A stretch of DNA of 64,000 bases, taken from NCBI GenBank assembly GCA_038060895.1, contig JBBTCT010000009.1, forward strand, positions 208,082 to 272,081, given 5' to 3'. The translations under genes and the position numbers were made by a program. The notes below the pieces were generated by a model, which did not search any database, was not told the DNA's origin, and saw only the letters and a list, made by a program, of their open reading frames with translations. Shown here one piece after another: positions 18,614 to 28,871 of this stretch. Each line of letters opens with the position of its first letter. Position 1 is the stretch's first letter. The DNA is from Planctomycetota bacterium (GTDB lineage: Bacteria > Planctomycetota > MHYJ01 > WSZJ01).

Positions 18614-20430
18614 TGGACAAGCTGCGGCCGGTCATTGCGATCGTCCTGTGCCTGGTGATCTGGGGCGTGTACTTCAAGTTCTTTGCGCCGGACACCCCGA
18701 AGTCGCAGCCGAAAAAGCCCACGCCGACCGAGATCGGAAAGGGGCCGGGCGGGACCAACGGCAACGGAACGATCGTTGAAAAGCCGCCGGTCGATCCGGC
18801 CCAGCCGCCGCCGGCCGCGTTCACCCACCCGGTCGTCGCCGTTGATAACACGGTCCTCGAGAACGAGGTCCTCCGCGTCGAGATCACAAATGCCGGCGCG
18901 TCCGTCCGACGGTTGATCCTCAAGGCGTACAAGGATCCCTTCGAGCGCGACGAACACGGCAACCGGAAAGATCTCGCCTTCCTCGATGAATTCCAGGCGG
19001 GATTCCGGTCTCTCTCGCTTCGAGACTCCGCGGGCGTGCTTCCCCTCGATACCGTCAACTGGGAAACCCTGGAAGCGCCCGCAGGAGAGGTGAAGTACCG
19101 GTACACGACGCCCGACGGGCTTCGGATCGTGAAGACGATCGGCTTGGGGCCGGAGAAGCACGCGGTGAAGTTGAAACTGGAGGTGGAGAACATCTCCGAG
19201 ACCCCGCTGGCGCGCGGCCTGGAATTGATCGGGGCGGCCGGGATCGTGCAGGAGGCGAGCGGCGGGATTTATCCGTCGGACGCGGCGGGGCTGTGGCGCG
19301 ACGGCAAGACCTATTCGGTCGACACCCATTCGAGCGGAAGCGGATGCTGCGGGCCCAGCGCGCCGCTCAAGGACCTGACCGCGAAAATGCGCGAAACGGA
19401 CCTTGCGGGCGTGTCCTGGAACGCCGCCGTGAACAAGTACTTCGTCTGCGCCATCATCCCTCGCCCCGAAGACCGCGCGTCGGTCGCGAAGTTCCGTTCG
19501 TGGGCCATCGAATTCAAGGCCGAGGCGAAACGAAAACTCGAACACGAGAAGATTTCGCGGTCAGACCCGAAGGCGAAAGAGCTGCTCGACTGGACCGTGA
19601 ATACCGTCGCCATCAGCGCGGTGCTGAAGGACCGCACCTGGCAGAAGGGGGAGAAATCCTCCACCGAGTGGGTGATCTTCGCCGGGCCGAAGGAGACCGA
19701 CGCGCTGAACGAGGGGCGCTTCAAGGACTGGCGTCTCGGGGACCTGCTCGACTTCGGCTGGTTCGGGATCATCAGCAAACTGCTCCTCACAATCATGGGG
19801 TGGATGCACTTCGTGTTCCGCAATTGGGGCCTCGCGGTCATCGCGCTCGTCCTCATCGTCCGCATGTGCATCTTCCCGATCTCAAAGAAGGCACAGGTCT
19901 CGATGTTCCGGATGCAGAAACTGCAGCCGCAGCTCAAGGTGATCCAGGAGCGCTACAAGGGCGACCCCTCGCGCGTGAACGCCGAGACGATGAAGTTCAT
20001 GAAAGAGCAGGGCGTAAACCCGATCGGCGGCTGCCTGCCGCTCTTCCTGCAGCTCCCCATCTTCCTCGGCCTCTACAACGCACTTCTCAGCGACATCCAC
20101 CTGCGCCAGCAGCCGTTCTTCGGCTGGATCAACGACCTGTCGCAACCCGACCACCTCGCGAATCTCCCGTTCAGCGTCCCGATGCACGCGACGAACGCTT
20201 TCAACCTCCTGCCGCTCGTCATGATGGCAACGTGGTTCATCCAGGCGTTCATGGCGCCTCGGAGCCCCGACCCGCAGATGGCGGCGCAGCAGAAGATGTT
20301 CATGATCATGCCGCTGGTGATCGGCTGGATGATGTACATGAGCCCCTCGGGCCTCGTGCTCTATTGGCTCGTGTCCACGGCGTGGGGCATCGCCGAGCAG
20401 CAGTACATCAAGAGGACGTACCTGAAGTAG
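18613..20430 (+). CDS. yidC: Membrane protein insertase YidC
   Basis: DFGWF, NWGLAVI, MQKLQP, GGCLP...LQLPIF, WINDLSQPD, GLVLYW motifs. Confidence 0.96.
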   Translation: MDKLRPVIAIVLCLVIWGVYFKFFAPDTPKSQPKKPTPTEIGKGPGGTNGNGTIVEKPPVDPAQPPPAAFTHPVVAVDNTVLENEVLRVEITNAGASVRRLILKAYKDPFERDEHGNRKDLAFLDEFQAGFRSLSLRDSAGVLPLDTVNWETLEAPAGEVKYRYTTPDGLRIVKTIGLGPEKHAVKLKLEVENISETPLARGLELIGAAGIVQEASGGIYPSDAAGLWRDGKTYSVDTHSSGSGCCGPSAPLKDLTAKMRETDLAGVSWNAAVNKYFVCAIIPRPEDRASVAKFRSWAIEFKAEAKRKLEHEKISRSDPKAKELLDWTVNTVAISAVLKDRTWQKGEKSSTEWVIFAGPKETDALNEGRFKDWRLGDLLDFGWFGIISKLLLTIMGWMHFVFRNWGLAVIALVLIVRMCIFPISKKAQVSMFRMQKLQPQLKVIQERYKGDPSRVNAETMKFMKEQGVNPIGGCLPLFLQLPIFLGLYNALLSDIHLRQQPFFGWINDLSQPDHLANLPFSVPMHATNAFNLLPLVMMATWFIQAFMAPRSPDPQMAAQQKMFMIMPLVIGWMMYMSPSGLVLYWLVSTAWGIAEQQYIKRTYLK

Positions 20431-20442
20431 GCCGGTCGAGGG

Positions 20443-21732
20443 TTGAAGGTGGAGACGATCGTCGCGCTCAGTTCCCCTCCCGGCCCGGCGGCGCGCGCTG
20501 TCATCCGGCTCTCCGGGCCCCGCGCACTCGAAATCGGCGCTTCCCTCTGCGGCGTCCCGCGCCCGTCGTGCCGAACCGCCGTTCGCGGCGCGTTCACGGC
20601 GTGCGGCGCCCAGGCGCCGGTGCTTCTGCTCGCCATGCCCGCGCCGCGCAGCTACACGCGCGAGGACGTCGCTGAGATGCACCTGCCGGGCGCTGCACCG
20701 ATCGTGGCCGAAGCGCTTCGGCGCGCCCTCGCGGCCGGCGCGCGGCACGCTCTTCCCGGCGAGTTCACGCGCCGCGCCTACGAAAACGGGCGCCTCTCGC
20801 TGGCGCAGGCTGAAGCGGTGATGTCCGTGATCCGCGCGGGCGACGACGCCTCCCTGCGGCTCGCGGCCGAGAGGCTGGCGGGGAAGGGCGGCCGGGCGCT
20901 GGACGCCGCATCGGACCTGCTCTCCTCGCTTGTCGCAGACGTGGAGGCGTCGATTGATTTCATCGAGCACGACGTGCCGTGCGTCGGGCGCGAAGAAGTG
21001 ATCGAGCGGGTTGCCGCGCTCGCCGAAAGGCTGTCGCGCGCCGGCTCCGGCGCAGCGCCGGCCGACGACGCGCCCCGCGTCGTTCTCGCCGGCCCGCCAA
21101 ACGCGGGAAAGACCTCGCTCTTCAACGCGCTCACCGGCGCCCGCGGCCTCGTTTCGCCGCTTCCCGGGACGACGCGTGATGCGCTCGAAGCGGACCTGGT
21201 CCTGGGATACCTTCTCGTCCGCATCTCCGATGCGCCGGGGGACGCGCCCTGCGAACCGGGCCCGGACGCTGAAGCCGCTTCGCGCGGCCGTTCGGCGCGC
21301 GACCGGGCGGACATCGTGCTGCACCTGCGCGACGGTTCGCGCCCCTTCAACGCCCCGGCGCTCGACCCCGCGCGGGAGCTCCTGGTGATCACCAAGGCCG
21401 ACCTCGGCTCTGCCCTGAGCGAGTCGAAGGGACTTGCCGTCTCTGCGCTCACTGGCGCGGGGATTCCCCGGCTGCGCGCGCGCATCGCCCTCCTGGCCCG
21501 TCGCCGCGCCGGGGAGTCAGACAGCGTTCTCTCGGCGCGCGAACGCGAAGCGACGCGACGGGCGACCGATGCGCTGGAGCGCGCCCGGCGAGCGGCTGCC
21601 GACGTGTTGGGCGAGGAGTTCATTGCGCTTGAATTGCGCGAGGCGCTCGACGCCCTGGGCGAGGCGGTCGGGGTGGTTAGTAGCGAGGAAGTTTTGGACC
21701 GCGTTTTCGCGAGGTTTTGTATTGGGAAGTGA
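20443..21732 (+). CDS. mnmE: tRNA modification GTPase MnmE (TrmE)
   Basis: TIVALSS, SYTREDVAE, GEFTRRAY, GPPNAGKT, GTTRD, C-terminal FCIGK. Confidence 0.93.
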   Translation: MKVETIVALSSPPGPAARAVIRLSGPRALEIGASLCGVPRPSCRTAVRGAFTACGAQAPVLLLAMPAPRSYTREDVAEMHLPGAAPIVAEALRRALAAGARHALPGEFTRRAYENGRLSLAQAEAVMSVIRAGDDASLRLAAERLAGKGGRALDAASDLLSSLVADVEASIDFIEHDVPCVGREEVIERVAALAERLSRAGSGAAPADDAPRVVLAGPPNAGKTSLFNALTGARGLVSPLPGTTRDALEADLVLGYLLVRISDAPGDAPCEPGPDAEAASRGRSARDRADIVLHLRDGSRPFNAPALDPARELLVITKADLGSALSESKGLAVSALTGAGIPRLRARIALLARRRAGESDSVLSAREREATRRATDALERARRAAADVLGEEFIALELREALDALGEAVGVVSSEEVLDRVFARFCIGK

Positions 21733-21745
21733 ACGTGACGTCGGT

Positions 21746-21780
21746 GGGAGTGGGTAGGTGGTAGGGGGTATTGGGTAGGA
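21746..21780 (+). repeat. G-rich dispersed intergenic repeat, copy 1
   Basis: GTAGGGGGTATTGGGTAGGA (21761-21780) matches 52825-52844 at 19/20. Confidence 0.65.
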
Positions 21781-21850
21781 ACGGCTTCGTCGTGGGGAGC
21801 GTTCCGTCGGCTGAGGAGCACTCCCCATTCGTGTTACTACCTGCTACTCC

Positions 21851-22759
21851 CTACTTCCTGCCTTCCAGCCGTTCGAGCAACTCCCGCGCCCTGGCCGCGG
21901 CCTCGCAATCGTCACCCGCCGCGGTCTCCAGCAGAAGCGCTCGGGCCGCTTCCCCGGCGCGCGCCAGTCCGCGACTCGCCCTGTCGCGCACGGCTGCTTC
22001 TTCGTCGGCCAGGTCTCGAACCCAATTCGAAAGGTCTGCGGCCGTAATGGGCGTCCGCGCTTCACGGAATTCGTCCAGTTGTTGCGCCAGCGCCCCCGAC
22101 CAGTCCGACGCCTCCTCACCGCCGGGCTCTCCCCCCCGGGAGTGCAGCTCGGCGGCGTAGAGGCTGTGAAGCGTCTTTGCGAAGCAGAGACTTGAGACGA
22201 GCCGGTAGAACTCGCGCGCCCGGGCGAGAACGCCGCGGCCGGCACGGAATTCGTCGAGTTCGTTCGACAGCGACTGCCGGCGCGCTTCCCAGCCGGGGGA
22301 CCAGAGGCGCCAGCGTTCGAGGTTCTTGGTGGAGCTGCAGTCGTCGTGGAAGCGATGGAGTTCGTCGGTGAGCGAGACGATGCGCTCGTAAGCGGCGCCG
22401 AGCCAGGCGGCCTGAGGACGGGCGTAGGCTTCGCGCGCCTCTTCCGTTCCGGAGAGGACGTCGGCGCGGGCGGTGCTGCGCCCTGCGACGATATCGAGGG
22501 CGTAGGCTGCGGCGGGGAGGGCCCGGGGGCGGAGAAGGGACGAAAAGCGGCCGTTGGAAGCGATCGTTTCGCGCGTGGCGAGGACGAGCGGGTCGTCGGC
22601 GACACGGAGTTCGAGGGTGAGCGGTCCGTCGGGAGCGGTCCCCTCGACCCAGAGCGCTTGCGCGTCGGCGGAGAGCGAGATCCATTCGACGGTGGTCGTG
22701 AGGACGTCGCCGGCGCGCGCGGCGAGGGAGAGAGTCAGGAAGAGGAAAGTGGAGCGCAT
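21851..22759 (-). CDS. Exported hypothetical protein with C-terminal HEAT-like repeat
   Basis: Signal-peptide-like MRSTFLFLTLSLAARA; C-terminal VRDLADEEAAVRDRASRGLARAG. Confidence 0.7.
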   Translation of the reverse strand: MRSTFLFLTLSLAARAGDVLTTTVEWISLSADAQALWVEGTAPDGPLTLELRVADDPLVLATRETIASNGRFSSLLRPRALPAAAYALDIVAGRSTARADVLSGTEEAREAYARPQAAWLGAAYERIVSLTDELHRFHDDCSSTKNLERWRLWSPGWEARRQSLSNELDEFRAGRGVLARAREFYRLVSSLCFAKTLHSLYAAELHSRGGEPGGEEASDWSGALAQQLDEFREARTPITAADLSNWVRDLADEEAAVRDRASRGLARAGEAARALLLETAAGDDCEAAARARELLERLEGRK

Positions 22760-22994
22760 CGGTTGCGTCAGGAGTTGCAAAGGCTGTGCCGCCACCGTGC
22801 GCCGACCCAGCGCAAAGTCTTGGTAAATTAGAAGTTGCGAAGGGCGTCCTGCGGCGAATCGGCGCGCTCGTTACGTCGACGGCCACAGTTACCGTCCGGT
22901 AACAATAGTCCCATGATCCTCTTGACGGGTACCCGCAGCCCATTCAGACTTCCTACTATCCCTAGCGGAGCGCAACGACCGCTTCCACCACCCC

Positions 22995-23456
22995 ATGCGA
23001 TGCCCCTTCTGCAAAGCTGATAACGACAAAGTCATCGACTCGCGCTCAACGAGCGACGGCGCGTCCATCCGCCGCCGCCGCGAATGCCTCGGCTGCAAGA
23101 AGCGCTACACAACCTACGAACGCTCCGAGGAACAGCCCCTCGTCGTCATCAAGAAGGACGGCACGCGCCAGCAGTTCGACCGGAAGAAGATTCTCGATGG
23201 GATCCGCAAGGCCTGCCAGAAGCGCCCGATCGAAACCCAGCGAATCGAAGACATCGTCGTTCGCATTGAACTGGACCTCTACGAGCGCTTCGAAAGGGAA
23301 GTCCCCTCGAAGGAAGTCGGCGAGCTCATCATGCGGGAACTTCGCGATCTTGACTCGGTCGCGTACGTGAGGTTCGCCTCGGTCTATCGCGCGTTCCAGG
23401 AAGCGAAAGACTTCGTGGATGCGGCGCAGCCGTTTGGCGAGAAGCCGAAAGGGTAG
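22995..23456 (+). CDS. nrdR: Transcriptional repressor NrdR
   Basis: MRCPFC..DKVIDSR..IRRRRECLGC, ATP-cone, VAYVRFASVY. Confidence 0.97.
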   Translation: MRCPFCKADNDKVIDSRSTSDGASIRRRRECLGCKKRYTTYERSEEQPLVVIKKDGTRQQFDRKKILDGIRKACQKRPIETQRIEDIVVRIELDLYERFEREVPSKEVGELIMRELRDLDSVAYVRFASVYRAFQEAKDFVDAAQPFGEKPKG

Positions 23457-23469
23457 GGTCGGAACCCGA

Positions 23470-25908
23470 TTACTTCCGCAAGCGCGAGTCCAATCGTTTC
23501 ACCGATGCCGCCGCGTCGGCCTGAACCCGCGGCGAAGGCGACTGCGCCGCAACCTTCGCGAGGACGTCACAGGCTTCGCGCGTTCCCATGCGCTCGAGTG
23601 CGGCGTTGGCGCGGAGTCGGCGAAGAATCGGGTTCCAGCTCACGAGGCCGCTCGACAGCCCATCGAGGTGCTTTTCGAGAACCGTGCGAAGGCGTGGGGT
23701 GGCCGCGGGACGGCGGGACGCGATGTTCACTTCGAATCGATCATTCATCGTCGCCAATTCTCCCATCCCGATTTCCTGTATCTCGGGGTCTTCCCTGGTC
23801 ATCCCGTGAATCGCGCGTTCCAGGGCAGCCAGTTGGGCCTGCGAGAGCGGAACCCGAAGGTCCCCGAAATCCAGCACTCGCGCCGAGAGGTCGTCGACGG
23901 ACGCAGGGGCCAACCGGAGTTGCTCCAGTGCCTTCCATGCGATCGCTGCGTCGTGAGACTGCAGGTCGTTCCAGCATTGATCGACATCGGTCCGTGCTCC
24001 CGACGCAGTCGCCCCCTCCAGGCGCCAGGCTTCGAGTCCGGTGAACCCCGAATTGGAGACGAGCATGGCGCCATCGGGCGAGAAGCAGGCGAGTGGCTTG
24101 CGGCTCGTTCCCATTTCCATCTTCAGGGAAGTGACGAACTTGCCGGTCCAGGCTTCGTGGAGATCCACGGTGCGATTTGAAGCGACGACATAGAGGCGGG
24201 CGTCTGGCGACCAGGCAATCGCATTCTCTCTCGGGTCGCTGACGACCAGGCGCGGGGCGCGAAGTCCTCGCAGCTCGACGCATTGCGGCTTGACCATTCC
24301 TGACTGCCTGTCCACCAGCTGAACTCCGGATCCGTCCGGGAGCCACTGGATCGTCGTCCGGAAGAATGTGTCGACTTCGGGCATCGGACCTGCTTCATCT
24401 GCTCCCGTTTCGGCGTTCCAGATTCTCAGGACTTTTCCTTGCGCGACTGCGAGACGTTTTCCGTCCGGGCTGAAGGCGACGGCAATCGAGTGGGACCGCA
24501 AGGTCGGAATCGTGATGCCCTCATTGCCTGCGCCGGGTTTCACCACCAGGAGTGATGTTTCGTCCAGCCCATATTCCAGATACGCCGCGCGCGTGCCATT
24601 GTCGGCAATGAGCACGGGTCGCTCCGAGCCTCCTCGTCTGGCGGTGGGCGTTTCAAGGAGTTCCCGTTCCCACGTCACGGCGGTCTTGGGCTTGGGTACA
24701 CCAAAGACCCTGTTTCCATCAGGCGTGAACACAGGCGCTGAGGTTCCATACACGTAGACGCCGGCCACCGAGCGAGTCCGACCAGTAGTCAGGTTCAGCA
24801 TTCGAAATGTGCCGTTCTGTGACTGGGTGGCTATTTCCTTGCCGTCCGGAGAGAACCCCATGGCAATCACGGCAAGGTCCGGATCGGGACCGCGAGATCG
24901 TTCCGACGCTTCCTGAATCGCTTCTGCGCGCGGCCGAATGCCCGGGCCGGCCAGCAGGAATTTCGCCGGATTCCCCGCAATGCGAAAGACCGTCGGGGAA
25001 CTCCGACCCCAGCCTGTGCGGAACCGGGACCACGCGCCCTGCACCGGCCAGATTATTTTCGTCTCACCGACAAGCGGAAGAACCAGTGCTCCATCCTGCG
25101 GAATCCAGCCGAACAGGCCGTTGGAAATCGCGGATGTTTCTGGAAGCGCGAGCAAGCACGTCTGGTTCGAAAGATCCCAGATCGCCGCTTCTCCCGTCGC
25201 AGAGAGGGCCGCGACCATGACTCCATCCCCGGACAGGCCGGTTTGAGTCACAGGGCTGCGGAATCCCGAGAATTCCTGTACTTCACTTCCATCTTCGGAC
25301 TTCAAGACGCGGACGGAACCGTCCTGAAAACCGGCGGCCACTCGCGAGCCGTCTCCCGAGATGCCGAAGGACGAGACGATTGGGACACGGGCTTCGGTTC
25401 GATAAAGAACCTTTGACGGCCCAAGCCAGACGGCCAGATCCCCAGCCTCCCCGATGGTGGACAGCCTCCCGTCCGGAAGAAATGCAATCCCGGCGACGCC
25501 CGACGCATGTCCCTGCCATCGCTTCAGATCGCACCCGTCGATGCCGCACCACGCGACTTGGCCGGTTTCGAACCCCCACGCGAGGCGTGTTCCTTCGGAA
25601 TTGAGCGAGATGCCGCGAAAGGCGGAGGCGTCCTCGAGAAGCGTGAAGCGGTTTTCTTTCGAGTGGACATCGCGAAGTCGGACGACGCCGCCCCGAGTCG
25701 CAAGGGCGACACGCGAGCCATCATCCGAGGCTCCCATGAAATCCCAGCCGGAGTCCTGGTCCAGGTAACACTCCGCGATGAGGCCGAGCGGTGGCCTGCC
25801 GGGTCCCTGGAGTTCGACCCTTGCAGGACGGAAGAGATCGGGCGCGTCTTCGGCAGCCGCCGGCGCTGTGAGAAAGAGGAGGACGGCTATCAGCGACGTG
25901 AAGCGCAT
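23470..25908 (-). CDS. Exported WD40 / beta-propeller protein with helical C-terminus
   Basis: Signal peptide at ATG 25908; repeated FSPDG/WSPD/GH..V motifs. The upstream part of the ORF-track ORF is antisense to rfbB and spurious. Confidence 0.82.
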   Translation of the reverse strand: MRFTSLIAVLLFLTAPAAAEDAPDLFRPARVELQGPGRPPLGLIAECYLDQDSGWDFMGASDDGSRVALATRGGVVRLRDVHSKENRFTLLEDASAFRGISLNSEGTRLAWGFETGQVAWCGIDGCDLKRWQGHASGVAGIAFLPDGRLSTIGEAGDLAVWLGPSKVLYRTEARVPIVSSFGISGDGSRVAAGFQDGSVRVLKSEDGSEVQEFSGFRSPVTQTGLSGDGVMVAALSATGEAAIWDLSNQTCLLALPETSAISNGLFGWIPQDGALVLPLVGETKIIWPVQGAWSRFRTGWGRSSPTVFRIAGNPAKFLLAGPGIRPRAEAIQEASERSRGPDPDLAVIAMGFSPDGKEIATQSQNGTFRMLNLTTGRTRSVAGVYVYGTSAPVFTPDGNRVFGVPKPKTAVTWERELLETPTARRGGSERPVLIADNGTRAAYLEYGLDETSLLVVKPGAGNEGITIPTLRSHSIAVAFSPDGKRLAVAQGKVLRIWNAETGADEAGPMPEVDTFFRTTIQWLPDGSGVQLVDRQSGMVKPQCVELRGLRAPRLVVSDPRENAIAWSPDARLYVVASNRTVDLHEAWTGKFVTSLKMEMGTSRKPLACFSPDGAMLVSNSGFTGLEAWRLEGATASGARTDVDQCWNDLQSHDAAIAWKALEQLRLAPASVDDLSARVLDFGDLRVPLSQAQLAALERAIHGMTREDPEIQEIGMGELATMNDRFEVNIASRRPAATPRLRTVLEKHLDGLSSGLVSWNPILRRLRANAALERMGTREACDVLAKVAAQSPSPRVQADAAASVKRLDSRLRK

Positions 25909-25983
25909 GGCTCCATTCAACCGGTCCGGCCCTCCAAAACGAAGCGCGACGTTTCGGAATCCGCCGCATAGAATCCGCACGCC

Positions 25984-26994
25984 ATGCGCATCTTCGTCAC
26001 CGGCGGCTGCGGGTTCATCGGCTCGAACTTCGTGCGGTTCCTGCTGCGCGAGCGGGCAGACGCGCACGTCACGAATTTTGACGCGCTGACGTACGCCGGC
26101 AATCTCGAAAACCTGGCCGGGATCGAGGAGCACCCGCGCTACCGCTTCGTGCACGGGTCTATTCTCGACCGCGCGGCGGTGGACGCGGCGCTGAAGGACG
26201 GGGCGGACATCGTGTACAACTTCGCGGCGGAGTCGCACGTGGACCGGTCGCTGTACGAGCCGCAGACCTTTCTCGACACGAACGTGAAGGGCACCTCGAC
26301 GCTGCTCGAGGCGGCGATGAAGGCGAAGGTGAAGCGGTTCGTGCAGGTCTCGACGGACGAGGTATACGGGTCGCTGGGGAAGGACGGGGTGTTCACGGAG
26401 GCGACCTCGATCAAACCGTCGAGCCCGTACAGCGCGGCGAAGGCGGCGGCGGACCTGTGGGTGCTGGCGTACCACCACTCGTTCGGCGCGGACGTCGTCG
26501 TCACGCGCTCGTCGAACAACTACGGGCCTTACCAGTTTCCTGAAAAACTCATCCCACTTTTTATTTCGAACGCCCTCGAGAACAAGCCGCTTCCGGTCTA
26601 CGGCGACGGCAAACAGGTTCGCGACTGGCTCTTTGTCGAGGACAACTGCCGCGGGATCGAGTTGTGCGGCGTGAAAGGCAAGTCCGGCGAGGTCTACAAC
26701 ATCGGCGGCAAGTGCGAGCGCGAGAATCTCACGGTTACGAAAGCGCTTCTCAAGGCCGTCGGCAAGCCCGAGAGCCTGATCCAGTACGTCGCGGACCGGC
26801 CCGGGCACGACCGGCGGTACGCGCTGGACATTTCCAAGATCGAGAAGGAGCTCGGGTGGAGCCCGAAGGTGACGTTCGAAGAAGGGCTGCCGGCGACGGT
26901 GAAGTGGTACCTGGAGCACCGCGAGTGGTGGGAGCGGGTGAAGAGCGGGGCGTACCGGGAGTACTACAAGCAGAACTACGGCAAGCGGCTCTAA
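25984..26994 (+). CDS. rfbB: dTDP-glucose 4,6-dehydratase
   Basis: GGCGFIG, FAAESHVDRS, STDEVYG, YSAAK, NNYGPYQFPEKLIP, RPGHDRRY. Confidence 0.97.
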   Translation: MRIFVTGGCGFIGSNFVRFLLRERADAHVTNFDALTYAGNLENLAGIEEHPRYRFVHGSILDRAAVDAALKDGADIVYNFAAESHVDRSLYEPQTFLDTNVKGTSTLLEAAMKAKVKRFVQVSTDEVYGSLGKDGVFTEATSIKPSSPYSAAKAAADLWVLAYHHSFGADVVVTRSSNNYGPYQFPEKLIPLFISNALENKPLPVYGDGKQVRDWLFVEDNCRGIELCGVKGKSGEVYNIGGKCERENLTVTKALLKAVGKPESLIQYVADRPGHDRRYALDISKIEKELGWSPKVTFEEGLPATVKWYLEHREWWERVKSGAYREYYKQNYGKRL

Positions 26995-27176
26995 GGAGTT
27001 CCGGTTCCGCGCGGACTGCCGGCCGGCAATCTGGAATGGGCCGGCGACGGGTAAAATGCGGACAGGACCTTTCCGGTTCTGCCCCGCGCGACCCTCGTTG
27101 AGCCAGGATTCCTCACATGAACGCATCTGCCGATGATCCTCCGATCCTTCGTGGGGGGTGCGTCCATCGGGCCCGC

Positions 27177-28802
27177 ATGCGCTGGTTCGAGAAGCTCGTG
27201 GTCGCCGCGTACCGTCAGGGCGCGACGGTCATTCGGGCACGCGCCGGTCAGAGGTTCGCATTTCGATTCGGCGGAGAAACCCGAACGATTGGGACGCATC
27301 CGGTTCGAGAAGAGGATCTGCTCGATCGGTTGGGCGAGTTGCTTCCGAAGTCGCTGGCCAGATTTCTTCGCGTGGGCGGGCAGGTGGCGTTCGAATACGT
27401 CATCGTTCCATGGGCGCCGGCGCACGCTCACATATTTCACGGAGTTCGAGGGCTGGTCATGGGGGTCCGACTGGGCGGAGACGGTGAAGGAGTCCCGCAA
27501 CGCGCGACCCCGCCGGCGTCCAGGAAGCCGGTGCCGGGTGAAGAGGAGACTCAACTCTCGAAGCTGGTGCAGCCGTCTATCCCTCCGGATTCCGGAGAAC
27601 CGAATCTCCCGATCGCTCCGGTTTTCGGTGAAGGCGAGATCGAGATTCGTCCTTCCGAGCGGGACATTGACCGAATTCTTCGCGCGGCCTTCACCGCAGG
27701 CGCGAGCCAGGTGCTCATCAAGCCGCGCGCGCCGCTGGCGCTGAAAATCGGCGCGGGGTTCGTCCGCCCGGGCGCGCACGGCTTGTCTGCCGACTTCGTG
27801 GAGAAGCTGCTCGGCGAAATCCTGACGGCAGAGGAACGCTTCCTCCTGCTGCCGGACGCCGAGCTGCAGGTTGAAATCGGAGTGTGCCCGTTTGCGACCT
27901 GCGCCGCTGAAATCTTCCTCGGCGGCGGAGAGCCCAGTCTTCTCATCCGCCTTCCCGGGACCGAACTGACGCGGGAAGAGCCGCCTGCCGCGCCGCCTGC
28001 GGAGGCTCTCCGGCAGCCGCCGCCGAGCCTGACCGTCGAGGGATGCCGCCGGGAAATCCGCGATTGCATCCAGCAGTGCGCCCTGCTGCACGATCGCCGC
28101 GTCGCCGAGTCGGCGGCTGCGCGACAGAAGCGACCGGTTGCAGGGGAGGACTCGCGCGAGTTGCGGCTCGACTACGTGAAGTGGCTCGAATCCCGCCGGC
28201 GGTCGCGCCGCCTGATCGACCGGCTTCGCGCGGTCGTCTCCAGTACGGAGAGGGAGACGAGCCTGGAGATGGTCCGCGCGATTCTCCGGGAGTCCGTCGG
28301 GATCCATATCGAGATGAAGGACCTGAAGCCACCGCTGCCCGAGACACCGACGGCGGCCCCGGCCCTGGACCGCGGCTTCCCGGCGACCGGCTTTCCGCTC
28401 CTGAACGCAGGATTCGTGCTCGGTGCTTCCGAGTTGCTTCTGTTCGAAGGCGAAGTCCCCACCTACTTCATCAGCGGCGAGCCGAAGCGCCCGAGCTCGG
28501 CGCAGATTGCCCGGAAGGAGCTGGAAGCGCTTCTGGGCCTCTGGGAGACGGGCCCGGAGTACGACGCGGGCGAGGTCCCGGTGGCGGATGTGTTCCGGCT
28601 GAAGTTCACGAATGGGGACGTGGTGCGCGTCCTCGTGAAGCGGCAGGACGACCGTCTGGAAGTCACCGTGGTGTTCCTGAAAAGGGGAGGTGGAGCGGAA
28701 TCCGCCGGGGTGGGCGCCCTCCTCCCGAAGAATCCGCCGCGACCCTTCCTGCGCGCTCTTCCCCCGGATTCCGGCAATCAGAACCCTCCACTGCCGGCGT
28801 GA
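27177..28802 (+). CDS. Hypothetical protein with three PilT N-terminal-like domains and no ATPase domain
   Basis: Three ~100-aa segments align by eye to the N-terminal domain of the adjacent PilT; no Walker A. Start may be 27117. Confidence 0.7.
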   Translation: MRWFEKLVVAAYRQGATVIRARAGQRFAFRFGGETRTIGTHPVREEDLLDRLGELLPKSLARFLRVGGQVAFEYVIVPWAPAHAHIFHGVRGLVMGVRLGGDGEGVPQRATPPASRKPVPGEEETQLSKLVQPSIPPDSGEPNLPIAPVFGEGEIEIRPSERDIDRILRAAFTAGASQVLIKPRAPLALKIGAGFVRPGAHGLSADFVEKLLGEILTAEERFLLLPDAELQVEIGVCPFATCAAEIFLGGGEPSLLIRLPGTELTREEPPAAPPAEALRQPPPSLTVEGCRREIRDCIQQCALLHDRRVAESAAARQKRPVAGEDSRELRLDYVKWLESRRRSRRLIDRLRAVVSSTERETSLEMVRAILRESVGIHIEMKDLKPPLPETPTAAPALDRGFPATGFPLLNAGFVLGASELLLFEGEVPTYFISGEPKRPSSAQIARKELEALLGLWETGPEYDAGEVPVADVFRLKFTNGDVVRVLVKRQDDRLEVTVVFLKRGGGAESAGVGALLPKNPPRPFLRALPPDSGNQNPPLPA

Positions 28803-28871
28803 AACCTGTTAAACTTTAACATCTTCACCACACGCCCTTAGACCCGCACCGCGATCCAGGAGCCGAAGCCA

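Noticed and set aside
23470-27126. 1218-aa minus-strand ORF as a single protein
   Set aside because: Its first ~400 aa are the antisense shadow of rfbB; the real gene starts at the signal peptide at 25908.
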